Part shown: positions 8,442-17,252 of the stretch, piece by piece
Layout: each line of letters opens with the position of its first letter
Position numbering within the stretch: position 1 is the first letter of the stretch
Assembly: GCA_964543955.1 (NCBI GenBank)
Contig: CAZJBN010000003.1
Location: 18,391 to 82,390, forward strand
DNA from: an uncultured Bifidobacteriaceae bacterium
GTDB taxonomy: Bacteria; Acidobacteriota; Vicinamibacteria; Vicinamibacterales; UBA2999
Reading direction: 5' to 3'
Length of the DNA: 64,000 nt
Position numbers and translations under genes: made by a program
Notes under the pieces: generated by a model
The model's database searches: none
What the model was told of the DNA's origin: nothing
The model's input: the letters and a program-made list of their open reading frames with translations, nothing else

Positions 8442-10250
8442 GTGCGCGTCATCCCAGCAGCGCTGGCGGCCGCCGCGATGGTCTCGATCCTGGCGGCGGA
8501 TGCGCCCCTCGATCGCGAGAGCCAGCGCTGGGTCGACCAGACTCTTGCGAAGCTCACGCTCGACCAGAAGGTCGGCCAGCTCATCGCGCCCGCCCTGCAG
8601 TCGACGTATCTCTCGAGCGACAGCGACGAGTACGATCGCCTCGTCCGGGTGATCCACGAGAGCCACGCCGGTGGCGTCATTGCCTTTGGCGGCGCGGAGG
8701 CGGTGCCGGACGTGCTGCTCAATCCGGCCTACGGGAACGTCATCCTCGGGCAGCCGCTCGCGCTGGCGTCGACGCTCAACCGCCTGCAGGCCATCTCGCC
8801 GGTTCCGCTCCTGACGTCGGCCGACTTCGAGTACGGCGCCGGAATGCGCATCGGCGGCGCGACGAGATTTCCGCGCGCGATGGCGCTTGGCGCGGCGGGC
8901 GACGCGCAACTGGCGTTCGAGTCCGGGCGCATCACCGCCATCGAGGGTCGTGCGATGGGCGTGCACCTCAACTTCGCGCCCGTTGCCGATGTCAACAACA
9001 ACGCCCGGAACCCCGTGATCAACACGCGGTCGTTCGGCGAGGACCCCGCAACGGTCGGAACGCTCGTGTCGGCCTACGTTCGCGGACTGCAGCAGGGCGG
9101 GATGATCGCCACGCTCAAGCACTTTCCGGGACACGGGGACACCGAGGTGGACTCGCATCTCGGGTTGCCGATCATCACGCATCCGCGCGAGCGGCTGGAG
9201 CAGACCGAGCTGCCGCCGTTTCTCGCCGGCATTGCGGCTGGCGCCGATGCCGTCATGGTGGCGCACATCGAGCTGCCCGCGCTCGATCCGGAGAAGGGGC
9301 CGGCGACGTTCAGCCGACCAGTGACCACCGGACTCCTGCGCAGGGACCTGGCCTTCGGCGGGCTCATCGTCACCGACTCGATGAAGATGAGCGCGATTAC
9401 GCGCATGGCATCGCCGGGCCAGGCGGCGGTGAAGGCCGTGCAGGCCGGTGCGGATCTCGTGCTCGACTCGCCCGACCCGGTTGCCGCGTTCACGGCGGTG
9501 CGCGCGGCCGTGGAGACGGGACAGATCGATCGCGGCGCCCTCGACCAGACGGTACGGCGCATCCTCACGGTCAAGGCACGCCTCGGCCTGCACAAGACCC
9601 GTGCGGTGTCGGTGGATGCGGTCCCGCTCTCCGTGGGCGGTCGCCGGCACCGGGACGTGGCGCGAGCCATCAGCGAGCGCGCTCTGACGCTCGTCAAGGA
9701 CGAGCGGAACCAGGTGCCCCTGTCAGTCGTCCGCGGCGGCAGCGTGCTCTATCTGTCCGTGCTCGACGAGCTCTCGGGCTGGCGCATCGCGGCGCCGAGC
9801 CGTACGTTCATTCCCGAGTTGAAGAAGCGCTGGCCGAAGACCCAATCCATCGAGGTGTCGGATCGATCGACGTCCAACGAGCTCGACCTGGTGCGTGCCA
9901 TGGCCGCTCGATTCGACGCCGTGGTCGTGGGGATTTTCGTCCGGGTGTCGTCCGCGAGCGGACGGATCGATCTCGCGCCTGGAGTCGTACGGCTCCTGCA
10001 GGACATCGCGCGCGGTACCGCGGGCCGGTCGCAGCCGATGGTCGGCGTGTTCTTCGGCAGTCCGTACGTTGCGGCGGACGTGAGGGCGATGCCCGCGCAG
10101 CTCCTGACCTACGATTTCTCGGACCTGGCCGAAGAGAGCGCCGTCCGCGCGCTCGCGGGTGAGATTGCGATCGGCGGCACACTCCCAATCGAACTCCCGG
10201 GCCTGTTCAAGGTCGGCCACGGCCTGACGCGTCCCGCGCCGGCGCAGTAG
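8442..10250 (+). CDS. Glycoside hydrolase family 3 beta-N-acetylhexosaminidase-like protein with a C-terminal extension
   Basis: Signal-like N-terminus. Motifs NFAPVADVNNNARNPVINTRSFGEDP, KHFPGHGDTEVDSHLGLP and VTDSMKM are typical of the GH3 N-terminal domain. GTG start. Confidence 0.85.
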   Translation: MRVIPAALAAAAMVSILAADAPLDRESQRWVDQTLAKLTLDQKVGQLIAPALQSTYLSSDSDEYDRLVRVIHESHAGGVIAFGGAEAVPDVLLNPAYGNVILGQPLALASTLNRLQAISPVPLLTSADFEYGAGMRIGGATRFPRAMALGAAGDAQLAFESGRITAIEGRAMGVHLNFAPVADVNNNARNPVINTRSFGEDPATVGTLVSAYVRGLQQGGMIATLKHFPGHGDTEVDSHLGLPIITHPRERLEQTELPPFLAGIAAGADAVMVAHIELPALDPEKGPATFSRPVTTGLLRRDLAFGGLIVTDSMKMSAITRMASPGQAAVKAVQAGADLVLDSPDPVAAFTAVRAAVETGQIDRGALDQTVRRILTVKARLGLHKTRAVSVDAVPLSVGGRRHRDVARAISERALTLVKDERNQVPLSVVRGGSVLYLSVLDELSGWRIAAPSRTFIPELKKRWPKTQSIEVSDRSTSNELDLVRAMAARFDAVVVGIFVRVSSASGRIDLAPGVVRLLQDIARGTAGRSQPMVGVFFGSPYVAADVRAMPAQLLTYDFSDLAEESAVRALAGEIAIGGTLPIELPGLFKVGHGLTRPAPAQ

Positions 10251-10271
10251 CCGCCCTTGGTCTTCTGGAGC

Positions 10272-10292
10272 GCCGGGGGCTTCAGCCCCGGC
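10272..10292 (+). terminator. GC-rich hairpin after the GH3 gene
   Basis: GCCGGGG (10272-10278) / CCCCGGC (10286-10292) with a 7-nt loop, 22 nt after the stop. No U-tract. Confidence 0.35.
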
Positions 10293-10321
10293 GTCCGCGT
10301 GTGCTAAGATCAATAGTCCTC

Positions 10322-10398
10322 GCGCCCTTAGCTCAGTTGGATAGAGCGTCTGGCTACGAACCAGGAGGTCGCACGTTCGAGTCGTGCAGGGCGCGCCA
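10322..10398 (+). tRNA. tRNA-Arg (anticodon ACG), CCA encoded
   Basis: Cloverleaf folded by hand. Acceptor GCGCCCT/AGGGCGC, D-arm GCTC-AGTTGGATA-GAGC, anticodon stem TCTGG/CCAGG with loop CTACGAA, T-arm GCACG-TTCGAGT-CGTGC, discriminator G, then CCA. Confidence 0.93.
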
Positions 10399-10454
10399 CC
10401 CCGCTTCCGCCTTTTCTGACGGCCCTGTAACCTCCCCCGAGCACCAGACGCTCT

Positions 10455-10871
10455 TCATGCTCCGACCAGTTCGATCTTGAAACGCGCGTCCAGTACCTCT
10501 GCGGCTTTCTCCAACTGTCCGAGGGTCGATGCGTGGTGGATGTCGAACAGCCGATCGACTTGCGGGCGATGCACATGCAGGCGTCGCGCCAGCTCCGCTC
10601 GCGTCATCTGGCGGCGGAGCAATTCGTTGTGCAGGCCCACTTTGATCGCGACCATCGCGGATACCGGAGCGCCTGTGGCCTCCATGGCGCTGGGGAACGG
10701 GACCGGACGGCGTTCCTTGATCAGGAACTCGATCGCGGTCAGCAGGGCTTCCTCGGCGTGGCGCGTGGCGTCAGCCGCGTCTTCGCCAAAGGTGTGCACC
10801 CAGGGAAGGTCCGGAAACGACACCAGCAGCGTACCGTTGTCGTCGCGCTCCAATGTGAAGGGGTAGATCAT
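10455..10871 (-). CDS. hicB: HicB-family antitoxin with C-terminal HTH
   Basis: MIYPFTLERDDNGTLLVSFPDLPWVHTFGEDAADATRHAEEALLTAIE is a classic HicB N-domain. The C-terminus carries an XRE-like HTH (MTRAELARRLHVHRPQVDRL). Start chosen at ATG 10871; GTG 10892 and ATG 10883 are alternatives. Confidence 0.85.
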   Translation of the reverse strand: MIYPFTLERDDNGTLLVSFPDLPWVHTFGEDAADATRHAEEALLTAIEFLIKERRPVPFPSAMEATGAPVSAMVAIKVGLHNELLRRQMTRAELARRLHVHRPQVDRLFDIHHASTLGQLEKAAEVLDARFKIELVGA

Positions 10872-10912
10872 TGAGATGCTCATTCGGCACACGTGCCCAT
10901 CATCGAGGACCG

Positions 10913-11101
10913 CTACTTCAGCCCAAGGTCTTTCTTGATCGCATTCACGAGTCCGGTGCCCAACTCCTTCTGTTTCCCGTGCATCGGGAGCGTCGTCTGC
11001 CTGTCGCCCAAACGGACGATGATGTGGCCGCCCCTGCCCCGGCTCTCTTCAAAGGTGCAGCCTTGCTGCTTCAGCCATCGCTTGAACTCGCTCGCCGTCA
11101 T
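10913..11101 (-). CDS. hicA: HicA-family mRNA interferase toxin
   Basis: 62 aa. ASEFKRWLKQQGCTFEESRGRGGHIIV...TTLPMHGKQKELGTGLVNAIKKDLGL matches the HicA dsRBD-like fold with the catalytic GxH. It sits directly upstream of hicB. Confidence 0.88.
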   Translation of the reverse strand: MTASEFKRWLKQQGCTFEESRGRGGHIIVRLGDRQTTLPMHGKQKELGTGLVNAIKKDLGLK

Positions 11102-11113
11102 GAAGAGCGCGGA

Positions 11114-11146
11114 TCAACATTAATGTTGCATGTCAACATTAATGTT
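11114..11146. promoter_or_regulatory. Twin palindromic operator in an AT-rich promoter patch upstream of hicA
   Basis: TCAACATTAATGTT occurs twice (11114-11127 and 11133-11146). Each copy contains the perfect palindrome AACATTAATGTT. The pair begins 13 nt upstream of the hicA ATG. Confidence 0.65.
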
Positions 11147-11319
11147 AACACTGGCGGAGACTGGAATCAACGGACCGCTGGCAGAGCCGCCAGCTGCGAA
11201 CCTTGAGGGCCGAACGCTCGAGCTGGCCTACTACCGCAGCCTCAACATGCGGGCAGTTCGCCGCCGGCGGCTGTTTCGAACAGGTCAGAGCGCCGCCGTG
11301 CGAATCCACGCCCGCCCTG

Positions 11320-12882
11320 TCATTGCACCGGACAGAAGTACCAGCGGCGAAATGGCTGACCGCCCTCGCACGGCTCACGTGAGAGGAGGATGGCTCGATC
11401 CGCGTGCCGCTCGACCTCACGGTCGTACTCGAGGATCCGCATGTGGTCCGTGGCCGTCGCCGTGACCTGTTCGTCGCTCAGGAAACTGACCATGTAGGCT
11501 GCCCAGTAGTCGGCCATCACATACCGGAGATTCCGGGCGACGAGCTCGTCCGCAAGCAGCCGGTACTCGCTCGGTCCGGGGTCGGACGACTGGTAGACCG
11601 CCAGGTCCACGTGGCCACGTAAGGAGACAGCCACGAACGCGGCTATCCATCCCATCGTCAACGCGCGCCAGATGGAGACGCGTTCGAGAGCCAGGTGCAG
11701 CGCGAGGAGGCCGACGGGTGTGAGCACCGCAAGCAGCCCGTAGCGGAGCGTCAGCGGGTGCAGGCTGTCGCATCGGCTGACGGCCCATGCGATGCCCGCC
11801 TGCACGCCAATCAGCACGAGGTACAGACCGAAGCCCAGGCCGCTGGTGTCCATCGGCCCGCGCTCCGCTCTGCGCGGCCTCCGCCACAACCATGCCACGC
11901 GCGCCGCGAGGACGACGAGCAGGCTTGCGGTGATGGGCCAGAACCCCTCCGCTCCCTGCCACGTCGGACTGGCGATGTTCACACGCGCGAGCGGGAACGG
12001 CGAGGCACCAAGGAGCGTCCCCATCTGCACGGTCACGAGCGAGGTGAGGTTCGACGCGACTCGGCCAGCGTCCCCATCCGAACAGATGAACCGGATGAAA
12101 ACCGACGCGTTCGACGCGTCTGAGAGGCGCATGCCGGCCGTGCCTGGCCCCAGGACGTCGGCACGGGTCCGCACGACCCCGGCAAGCTGCCACGCGACCA
12201 CGACAACAAGAGCAATCGCAGCCTTCTGGCGGAGGTTGTTCCGCTCGAAGAGCCGTCCTTCTATCAGCTCCACCGCGAGCAGCGACGTGATCGCGTAGGC
12301 CGTGAACTCCCGGTTGAGGAATCCGACCACGAAGATGACACCGAAGAGGATGGGGCGCGTTCGCGTCATCCAGAGCAGCAACACGTACACGAAGGGCTCG
12401 ATGTTCGCACCAAGCGCCGTGACCAGCTCCGCCGACAGGACCGGTGGGGCCGCGACAAAGAGCAGGGCCGGTAGCAGGGCGACCACGGGCCGAAGCCGCA
12501 ACTCGCGCGACAGCAGGAACACGAGGAGCCAGCCGGCCACGATGTTCAACAGGACGAGCGGCAGCCGCAGGCTCGCAACCGACGTGCCGAAGAGCGCCAT
12601 GAACGGCGCCGCCAGCCACGCCTCGACGACCAGGATGTAGCTCTGTGCGTACTGGTAGAACGGGAAGGCGCGGCCCTCGGCAATGTGCTTGGCCATCAGG
12701 CCCATGACCGCCTGGTCCGCGTCGAACTGGGCACGCTCGTACACGACGAACACCATCGAACGGCCAACGACGAGGATCGCAACGACGCTCAGGACGAGCG
12801 CCATCTCGACGTGCCTCGACGGCACATGCCGGAAGACGTGGCTACGGCCTGGGAGCTCGCCCGACTCCTCAGCCCGGGGCAC
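11320..12882 (-). CDS. Polytopic membrane protein, GT-C fold glycosyltransferase-like (ArnT/PMT_2-like)
   Basis: At least 10 predicted TM helices. An acidic FDADQ motif follows the first helix, as in GT-C enzymes, and there is a soluble C-terminal domain. The GTG start at 12882 overlaps the upstream gene by 14 nt; an alternative ATG is at 12804. Confidence 0.55.
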   Translation of the reverse strand: MPRAEESGELPGRSHVFRHVPSRHVEMALVLSVVAILVVGRSMVFVVYERAQFDADQAVMGLMAKHIAEGRAFPFYQYAQSYILVVEAWLAAPFMALFGTSVASLRLPLVLLNIVAGWLLVFLLSRELRLRPVVALLPALLFVAAPPVLSAELVTALGANIEPFVYVLLLWMTRTRPILFGVIFVVGFLNREFTAYAITSLLAVELIEGRLFERNNLRQKAAIALVVVVAWQLAGVVRTRADVLGPGTAGMRLSDASNASVFIRFICSDGDAGRVASNLTSLVTVQMGTLLGASPFPLARVNIASPTWQGAEGFWPITASLLVVLAARVAWLWRRPRRAERGPMDTSGLGFGLYLVLIGVQAGIAWAVSRCDSLHPLTLRYGLLAVLTPVGLLALHLALERVSIWRALTMGWIAAFVAVSLRGHVDLAVYQSSDPGPSEYRLLADELVARNLRYVMADYWAAYMVSFLSDEQVTATATDHMRILEYDREVERHADRAILLSREPCEGGQPFRRWYFCPVQ

Positions 12883-14152
12883 GCGCTGTCCATCCTCCAG
12901 AGGCCTGGGCGCTCTCGTCCTCCCCGATGGCCGCGACGAGCGTCATCGCGTCTTCGAGGATCTCGTCGACGTCCTTGTGCGCGAACTCGGCCTGCCGGCC
13001 GATCCGGTAGATGCGTGGATGCCCCGCGAGCGCTTCCTCCGCCCGCCGCATCTCCTCGTCGTACCCGCGGTCGTAGAGCGGATAGGCGCGCTCGAGGCGG
13101 ATGATCCTGGTGTCGAGTACCGGCGCGGATGCCGGCAGGAATCCCACGCGAACGAGCTCGTCGACGACACGCTCCACCGAGAAGTCCGCAGTGTCGGTGA
13201 TCTCGCAGCAGAGCACCGTCCGATCCACTGGAAGTCCATCGCCGAAATGCTTGAACTCGGCCACGCGGTTCACGGTGATGTCGCGATCGGCGAAATACGT
13301 CCAGTGGCAGTCGCCAACGGACTCGACGCCCACGAGCAAGTACAAGAGCGTCATCGGCCGGAACCGCAGGTGCAGCTCGACGCCCAGCAGTCGGGCCAGC
13401 TCCGGCAGCGGCAACGTCGACACGAGCGCGTCGAAGCGGGCGGAATGGAGTCCGTCCGGGCTCTCGAACCGGCACTCATATCCGCCATCGCCAAGACGAG
13501 ACAGGCCGACGACTCTCGATTCGAGCCGGACGTGCGGGGCGACAGCGGCGTGCAGGCTGGCGGCGATTGCGCCGTAGCCGCCGGAAATCGGGTAGTAGAA
13601 GTGCGTGAAGTACAACCGGGGATCGCGGCGCAACAGATCGCGCAGTCCCGACACGCGGATCTTGCGGCGCCCCCACGTCGGCGAGATCTCCGTCGATGGG
13701 ATGCCGAAGAGCTTTTCAGAGTACGGCTTGAAGAACAACTCGTTCAGGCCGCTTCCACAGGCATTCAGGACCAGGGCATTGAAGCTGTCCTCTTCCTGGT
13801 GCGGCCGGTGCGCGTACTGCCAGACAATCCGGACCGAATCGCCGGGCGGCAGCTTGAGGAGCACCTCGGCAATGTTGATGGGATCGTGCAGCCACTGTCC
13901 GCGCAGCCGGATCCGGCTGCGCCGCTTGAGGAGGCGCAGCGGCACCAGCGCCTGGACATCGCGCAGGATGCGTTGATCCCTGCTGAAGAAGCGATGGGGA
14001 CCGAGGTCGCAGTCGAAGCCGTGCCACTTGAAGCTCCGCGCGAGTCCGCCCACGTCGGTGCCGGCTTCGTGAATCTCGTAGCCCGTCCGACCGCCGAGAA
14101 AGTACCCCGCCGCGAGGCCGGCAATGCCGCCTCCCAGAATGCCTATGGTCAT
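12869..14152 (-). CDS. FAD-dependent oxidoreductase (amine-oxidase / protoporphyrinogen-oxidase / UDP-galactopyranose-mutase-like superfamily)
   Basis: N-terminal dinucleotide-binding fold MTIGILGGGIAGLAAGYFL...HEAGTDVGGLARS, plus a FYYPISGGYGAI motif. Co-oriented with the GT-C gene and overlapping it. Confidence 0.75.
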   Translation of the reverse strand: MTIGILGGGIAGLAAGYFLGGRTGYEIHEAGTDVGGLARSFKWHGFDCDLGPHRFFSRDQRILRDVQALVPLRLLKRRSRIRLRGQWLHDPINIAEVLLKLPPGDSVRIVWQYAHRPHQEEDSFNALVLNACGSGLNELFFKPYSEKLFGIPSTEISPTWGRRKIRVSGLRDLLRRDPRLYFTHFYYPISGGYGAIAASLHAAVAPHVRLESRVVGLSRLGDGGYECRFESPDGLHSARFDALVSTLPLPELARLLGVELHLRFRPMTLLYLLVGVESVGDCHWTYFADRDITVNRVAEFKHFGDGLPVDRTVLCCEITDTADFSVERVVDELVRVGFLPASAPVLDTRIIRLERAYPLYDRGYDEEMRRAEEALAGHPRIYRIGRQAEFAHKDVDEILEDAMTLVAAIGEDESAQASGGWTARAPG

Positions 14153-14226
14153 GCGTCGGACCTGAGCGGGGGCGAGGTCAATCTTACGCTCCCGCCCGGC
14201 TCACGCCAATGCTGTTCACCCCTCGG

Positions 14227-14570
14227 TCAGTCCCTGGCGGCCTTCTTGGCCGCAGCCCACCGCTTCTTCGCGGCTTCGGCCATCTTGCGACGCGTTTCGG
14301 GCGAGACGGTGCGCCTGGCCTTCGTCGCCTTGGCTGCAGTGCCCTTGCCCCTGGCTCGCTTCCCGCCCTTCTTCCCGCTCCCGGTCGCCGGCGCATATTG
14401 CCCGAACTGCTCGCCGACGCGGTGACCGACATCCGCAATCTGGCCTTCGACTTCGGCGAGCTGTCGCTGGAGCGAGTCCTTCTTGTTCAGCAGCTCGCCC
14501 ATGCTGCGGCCGATGAACTCGGCGATCTGATCGGCAACGTTTGTCGGTCCCTTGCGTCCCTTGGCCATGA
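14227..14570 (-). CDS. Small basic protein with a Lys/Ala/Arg-rich histone-H1-like tail (possibly nucleoid-associated)
   Basis: The ATG at 14570 is preceded by GGAAAGGAATC. A coiled N-half (LNKKDSLQRQLAEVEGQI) is followed by KKGGKRARGKGTAAKATKARR...AAKKRWAAAKKAARD. The upstream part of the 160-aa ORF is judged non-coding. Confidence 0.55.
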
Positions 14571-14623
14571 TTCCTTTCCGTCTTCGACGATGAGTGTCGA
14601 AGCCGATCGCAATTGTAAGGCGT

Positions 14624-14857
14624 TCAGCGGCGTTCCGGCGATTCGAAACGGTGCTTGCCGCTACCGGGCGCGTCGTTGAACTCCGGGCTCTCGTGACGGA
14701 GCTCGTCATCGTCTTCGCCGCGAGGCATGCTCGAGGGCACCTGCGGTGTGATGGCAGGCCCGCTGCTCCCCGGCGCGTCCGGCGATGGAAGCGGCGTCGG
14801 CAGGTGATTGACCGCCGCCGGCCGTCCTGTGTCGTCCTTGTGCGGATGACTCGGCAT
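14624..14857 (-). CDS. Small Pro-rich acidic hypothetical protein (77 aa)
   Basis: ATG preceded by a strong AGGAGG at about 6 nt spacing. No recognisable motif, and the composition suggests disorder. Confidence 0.4.
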   Translation of the reverse strand: MPSHPHKDDTGRPAAVNHLPTPLPSPDAPGSSGPAITPQVPSSMPRGEDDDELRHESPEFNDAPGSGKHRFESPERR

Positions 14858-14890
14858 GGTGCCTCCTGTGAATCGGGAAGGGTCGCCCGT

Positions 14891-15286
14891 TCAGGGGACG
14901 GTGTGGACCGGGACGCCGCGGGCGCCCTTCATGTCGAGGGGCGTGAACCTCGTAGCCTCTTCGACTGTCGATCCATCCTCCCAGCCGACGAGCACCACCC
15001 TGTCCGCCCGGCCGCTGCTGCGCTCCGTCGTTACGGGCACGGGCCCGGCAATGCGAACCGCGTTCTGTACCTCGACGAGCGTCGGGTTGGGCAGTTCGAT
15101 GGGAACCGGCGTTCGCGTCTGCCAGTCGACGACGACCACCTGAACCGGGCCGGTCGGGTCGCCAGGACGAACCTGAAGCGGCACCTGCGCGCCGACGGCC
15201 GGGAGCGGCCCGATCACCGCGCAGAGATAAACGAGCGCCGCGGCAATCACGGTGAGAACCACGCGCGTGTAGCGATCGACCGGCAT
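14891..15286 (-). CDS. Membrane-anchored hypothetical protein (131 aa)
   Basis: The ATG at 15286 is preceded by GGAGG. One N-terminal TM helix (VVLTVIAAALVYLCAVIGPLPAV) followed by a beta-rich ectodomain. Confidence 0.5.
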   Translation of the reverse strand: MPVDRYTRVVLTVIAAALVYLCAVIGPLPAVGAQVPLQVRPGDPTGPVQVVVVDWQTRTPVPIELPNPTLVEVQNAVRIAGPVPVTTERSSGRADRVVLVGWEDGSTVEEATRFTPLDMKGARGVPVHTVP

Positions 15287-15314
15287 GTGACGACCTCCGT
15301 TTCGTTGACGTCGC

Positions 15315-17249
15315 TTACTCCTGATGCAACGCAAATGCCACGAGCGAGGTTCTCTCGGCTCTGCCGGTGGCGACGACGACGAACTGGCGTCCCGACAAGC
15401 CGAGATAGGTCATCGGCGTCGCCTGCACGGCCTCCGGCAGCGGAGCACTCCAGACTTCGCTGCCCGTTGTCTTGTCGAACGCATAGAGAGCCGTGTCGCC
15501 GCTGCCGATGAAGACGAGCCCGCCCTTCGTGACAATCGCGCCGGCCGGCCCGGCGGCGCCAAGGCGGGATGGCAGGCTGAGCCCTGCCAATGCGGGATGC
15601 TTCCTCAATTCCGGCACATCGCCGAACGGGACCTTCCACCGGATCGCGCCACGGTTGAGGTCCAACGCCACCAGGTGTGCGTACGGCGGCCTGGTCAGCG
15701 GCAGGCCGTTGGCGAACACCGGCGGCAGGCTGCGCTGGATGTATTCGGCGTCCACTTCGCCCTTGCGCTCCGGCGCCACCTCGGCAGGGTCGAACTTCCG
15801 GATGCTGAAGATCGCCAGGCTCTGCGCCGACTTGAAGTAGAGGAGGCCCGTGTCGGGATCGAAGGCGCCCCCTCCCCAATTGGCGCCGCCCCAGACACCC
15901 GGGCGGACGATCGTGCCTTCGGCGGAAGGCGGCGTGTAGAGCGGCCCCATCCGGTACTTCTTCATTTCGGCCTGCGCGGCTGCCTTCAGCTCAGGCGTCA
16001 GGTCGAACGCATCGTCCAGCGAGATGCCTTGCGCTTCGAAGGGCGGCGGGCGAGTGGGGAACGGTTGTGTCGGCCAGGCCGCCTCGCCGGGCACATCGCT
16101 CGGCGGCACAGGCCGCTCTTCGATCGGCCATACCGGTTCTCCGGTCACGCGGTCGAAGACGAACGCGAAGCCCTGCTTGGTGAGCTGGACCACGGCGTCA
16201 ATCGGCCGGCCGTCCACGGTGATGGTCACAAGGTTCGGTGCGGCAGGCGGGTCGTAATCCCACAGGCCGTGATGAACGATCTGATAGTGCCACTTGCGTG
16301 TGCCCGTCGCGGCGTCCAGGCAGACGAGCGATTCGGCGAACAGGTTCTGTCCCGGCCGGCGTCCGCCGTAGTAGTCGTTGCTCGGCGTCGACACAGGCAG
16401 GTAGAGGAGGCCGCGGACCTCGTCGAGGCTCATCGGCGCCCAGACGTTGGTGTGGCCCGTGAACTGCCACGATCCGTTGTCCCAGGTCGTGTTGCCGAAC
16501 TCGCCGCGCTGCGGGATGGTGTGGAAGGTCCACATCAACCGCCCGGTGCGCGCGTGATACGCGCGAACGTCGCCCGGCGGATCCTGCCGGTAGGTCAGGC
16601 GGTCCCCGACGCCGTTTCCGACAATGACGAGGTCCTTGTACACGACGGGCGGCGACGTGCTGGCGTAGTGCCTGGCGTTCACTTTCCAGACGAGGCCCTC
16701 GGACAAGTCGACCTCGCCCGCGACGCCGAACGAATCGATGGGCTCTCCCGTGGCGGCATCGATCGCAATGAGGCGATGGCGGGTGTTGAGGAAGAGCCGC
16801 AGGCCGCCCTCATCACGCCATGCCGCGAGGCCGCGGTGCACGAACCCCTGTCCGCTCGCCGGCTGGCCATCGCGGTAGGCGCGAGGATCGTATCGCCAGC
16901 GTTCGCGGCCGGTGTCGGCGTCGAGCGCCGCCACCTGGTTGTAGGGCGTCGTGACATAGAGCACGCCGTCGATCATGAGCGGCGTGTTCTGGAAGGCGCC
17001 GGGTCTCGTTCCAAACTCCGGCCGCTCGGTCTCACCCGGCTTCCATTCCCACGCGATGCGCAGGCGATGGACGTTGCCTGTCGTAATCTGATCGAGCGCC
17101 GCGTAGTGAGTGGCGGCCAGGTCTGCCGCGTAGTGGGGCCATTGGCCGACAGGTGACGGGCGGGCGTCCTGTGCCCCCACCGGTCTCAGGATCGCGACGG
17201 CACACAGCACGACGACCGATGCGGGGGTGATGGCAATGGTCCGGCGCAT
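15315..17249 (-). CDS. PQQ-dependent dehydrogenase (quinoprotein glucose/quinate/shikimate dehydrogenase family), secreted
   Basis: Signal peptide, then an 8-bladed propeller with W-rich repeats. AWEWKPGE, NTPLMIDGVLYVTTPYNQVAALDADTGRERWRY, GLWDYD and GGANWGG are typical of quinoprotein dehydrogenases. Confidence 0.85.
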   Translation of the reverse strand: MRRTIAITPASVVVLCAVAILRPVGAQDARPSPVGQWPHYAADLAATHYAALDQITTGNVHRLRIAWEWKPGETERPEFGTRPGAFQNTPLMIDGVLYVTTPYNQVAALDADTGRERWRYDPRAYRDGQPASGQGFVHRGLAAWRDEGGLRLFLNTRHRLIAIDAATGEPIDSFGVAGEVDLSEGLVWKVNARHYASTSPPVVYKDLVIVGNGVGDRLTYRQDPPGDVRAYHARTGRLMWTFHTIPQRGEFGNTTWDNGSWQFTGHTNVWAPMSLDEVRGLLYLPVSTPSNDYYGGRRPGQNLFAESLVCLDAATGTRKWHYQIVHHGLWDYDPPAAPNLVTITVDGRPIDAVVQLTKQGFAFVFDRVTGEPVWPIEERPVPPSDVPGEAAWPTQPFPTRPPPFEAQGISLDDAFDLTPELKAAAQAEMKKYRMGPLYTPPSAEGTIVRPGVWGGANWGGGAFDPDTGLLYFKSAQSLAIFSIRKFDPAEVAPERKGEVDAEYIQRSLPPVFANGLPLTRPPYAHLVALDLNRGAIRWKVPFGDVPELRKHPALAGLSLPSRLGAAGPAGAIVTKGGLVFIGSGDTALYAFDKTTGSEVWSAPLPEAVQATPMTYLGLSGRQFVVVATGRAERTSLVAFALHQE

Positions 17250-17252
17250 TCA

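Noticed and set aside
10322-14152. A tRNA-adjacent genomic island or prophage (tRNA-Arg followed by hicAB and glycan genes).
   Set aside because: No integrase, recombinase or phage gene is present, and I found no direct repeat of the tRNA 3' end downstream by eye. Only hicAB itself looks foreign.
8424-17156. Long antisense ORFs over the GH3 gene (8424-9650), the FAD-oxidoreductase and GT-C genes (12683-14425) and the PQQ dehydrogenase (15324-17156).
   Set aside because: In each case the opposite strand carries clear family motifs, and these products are Arg/Asp/Gly-rich with no domains.
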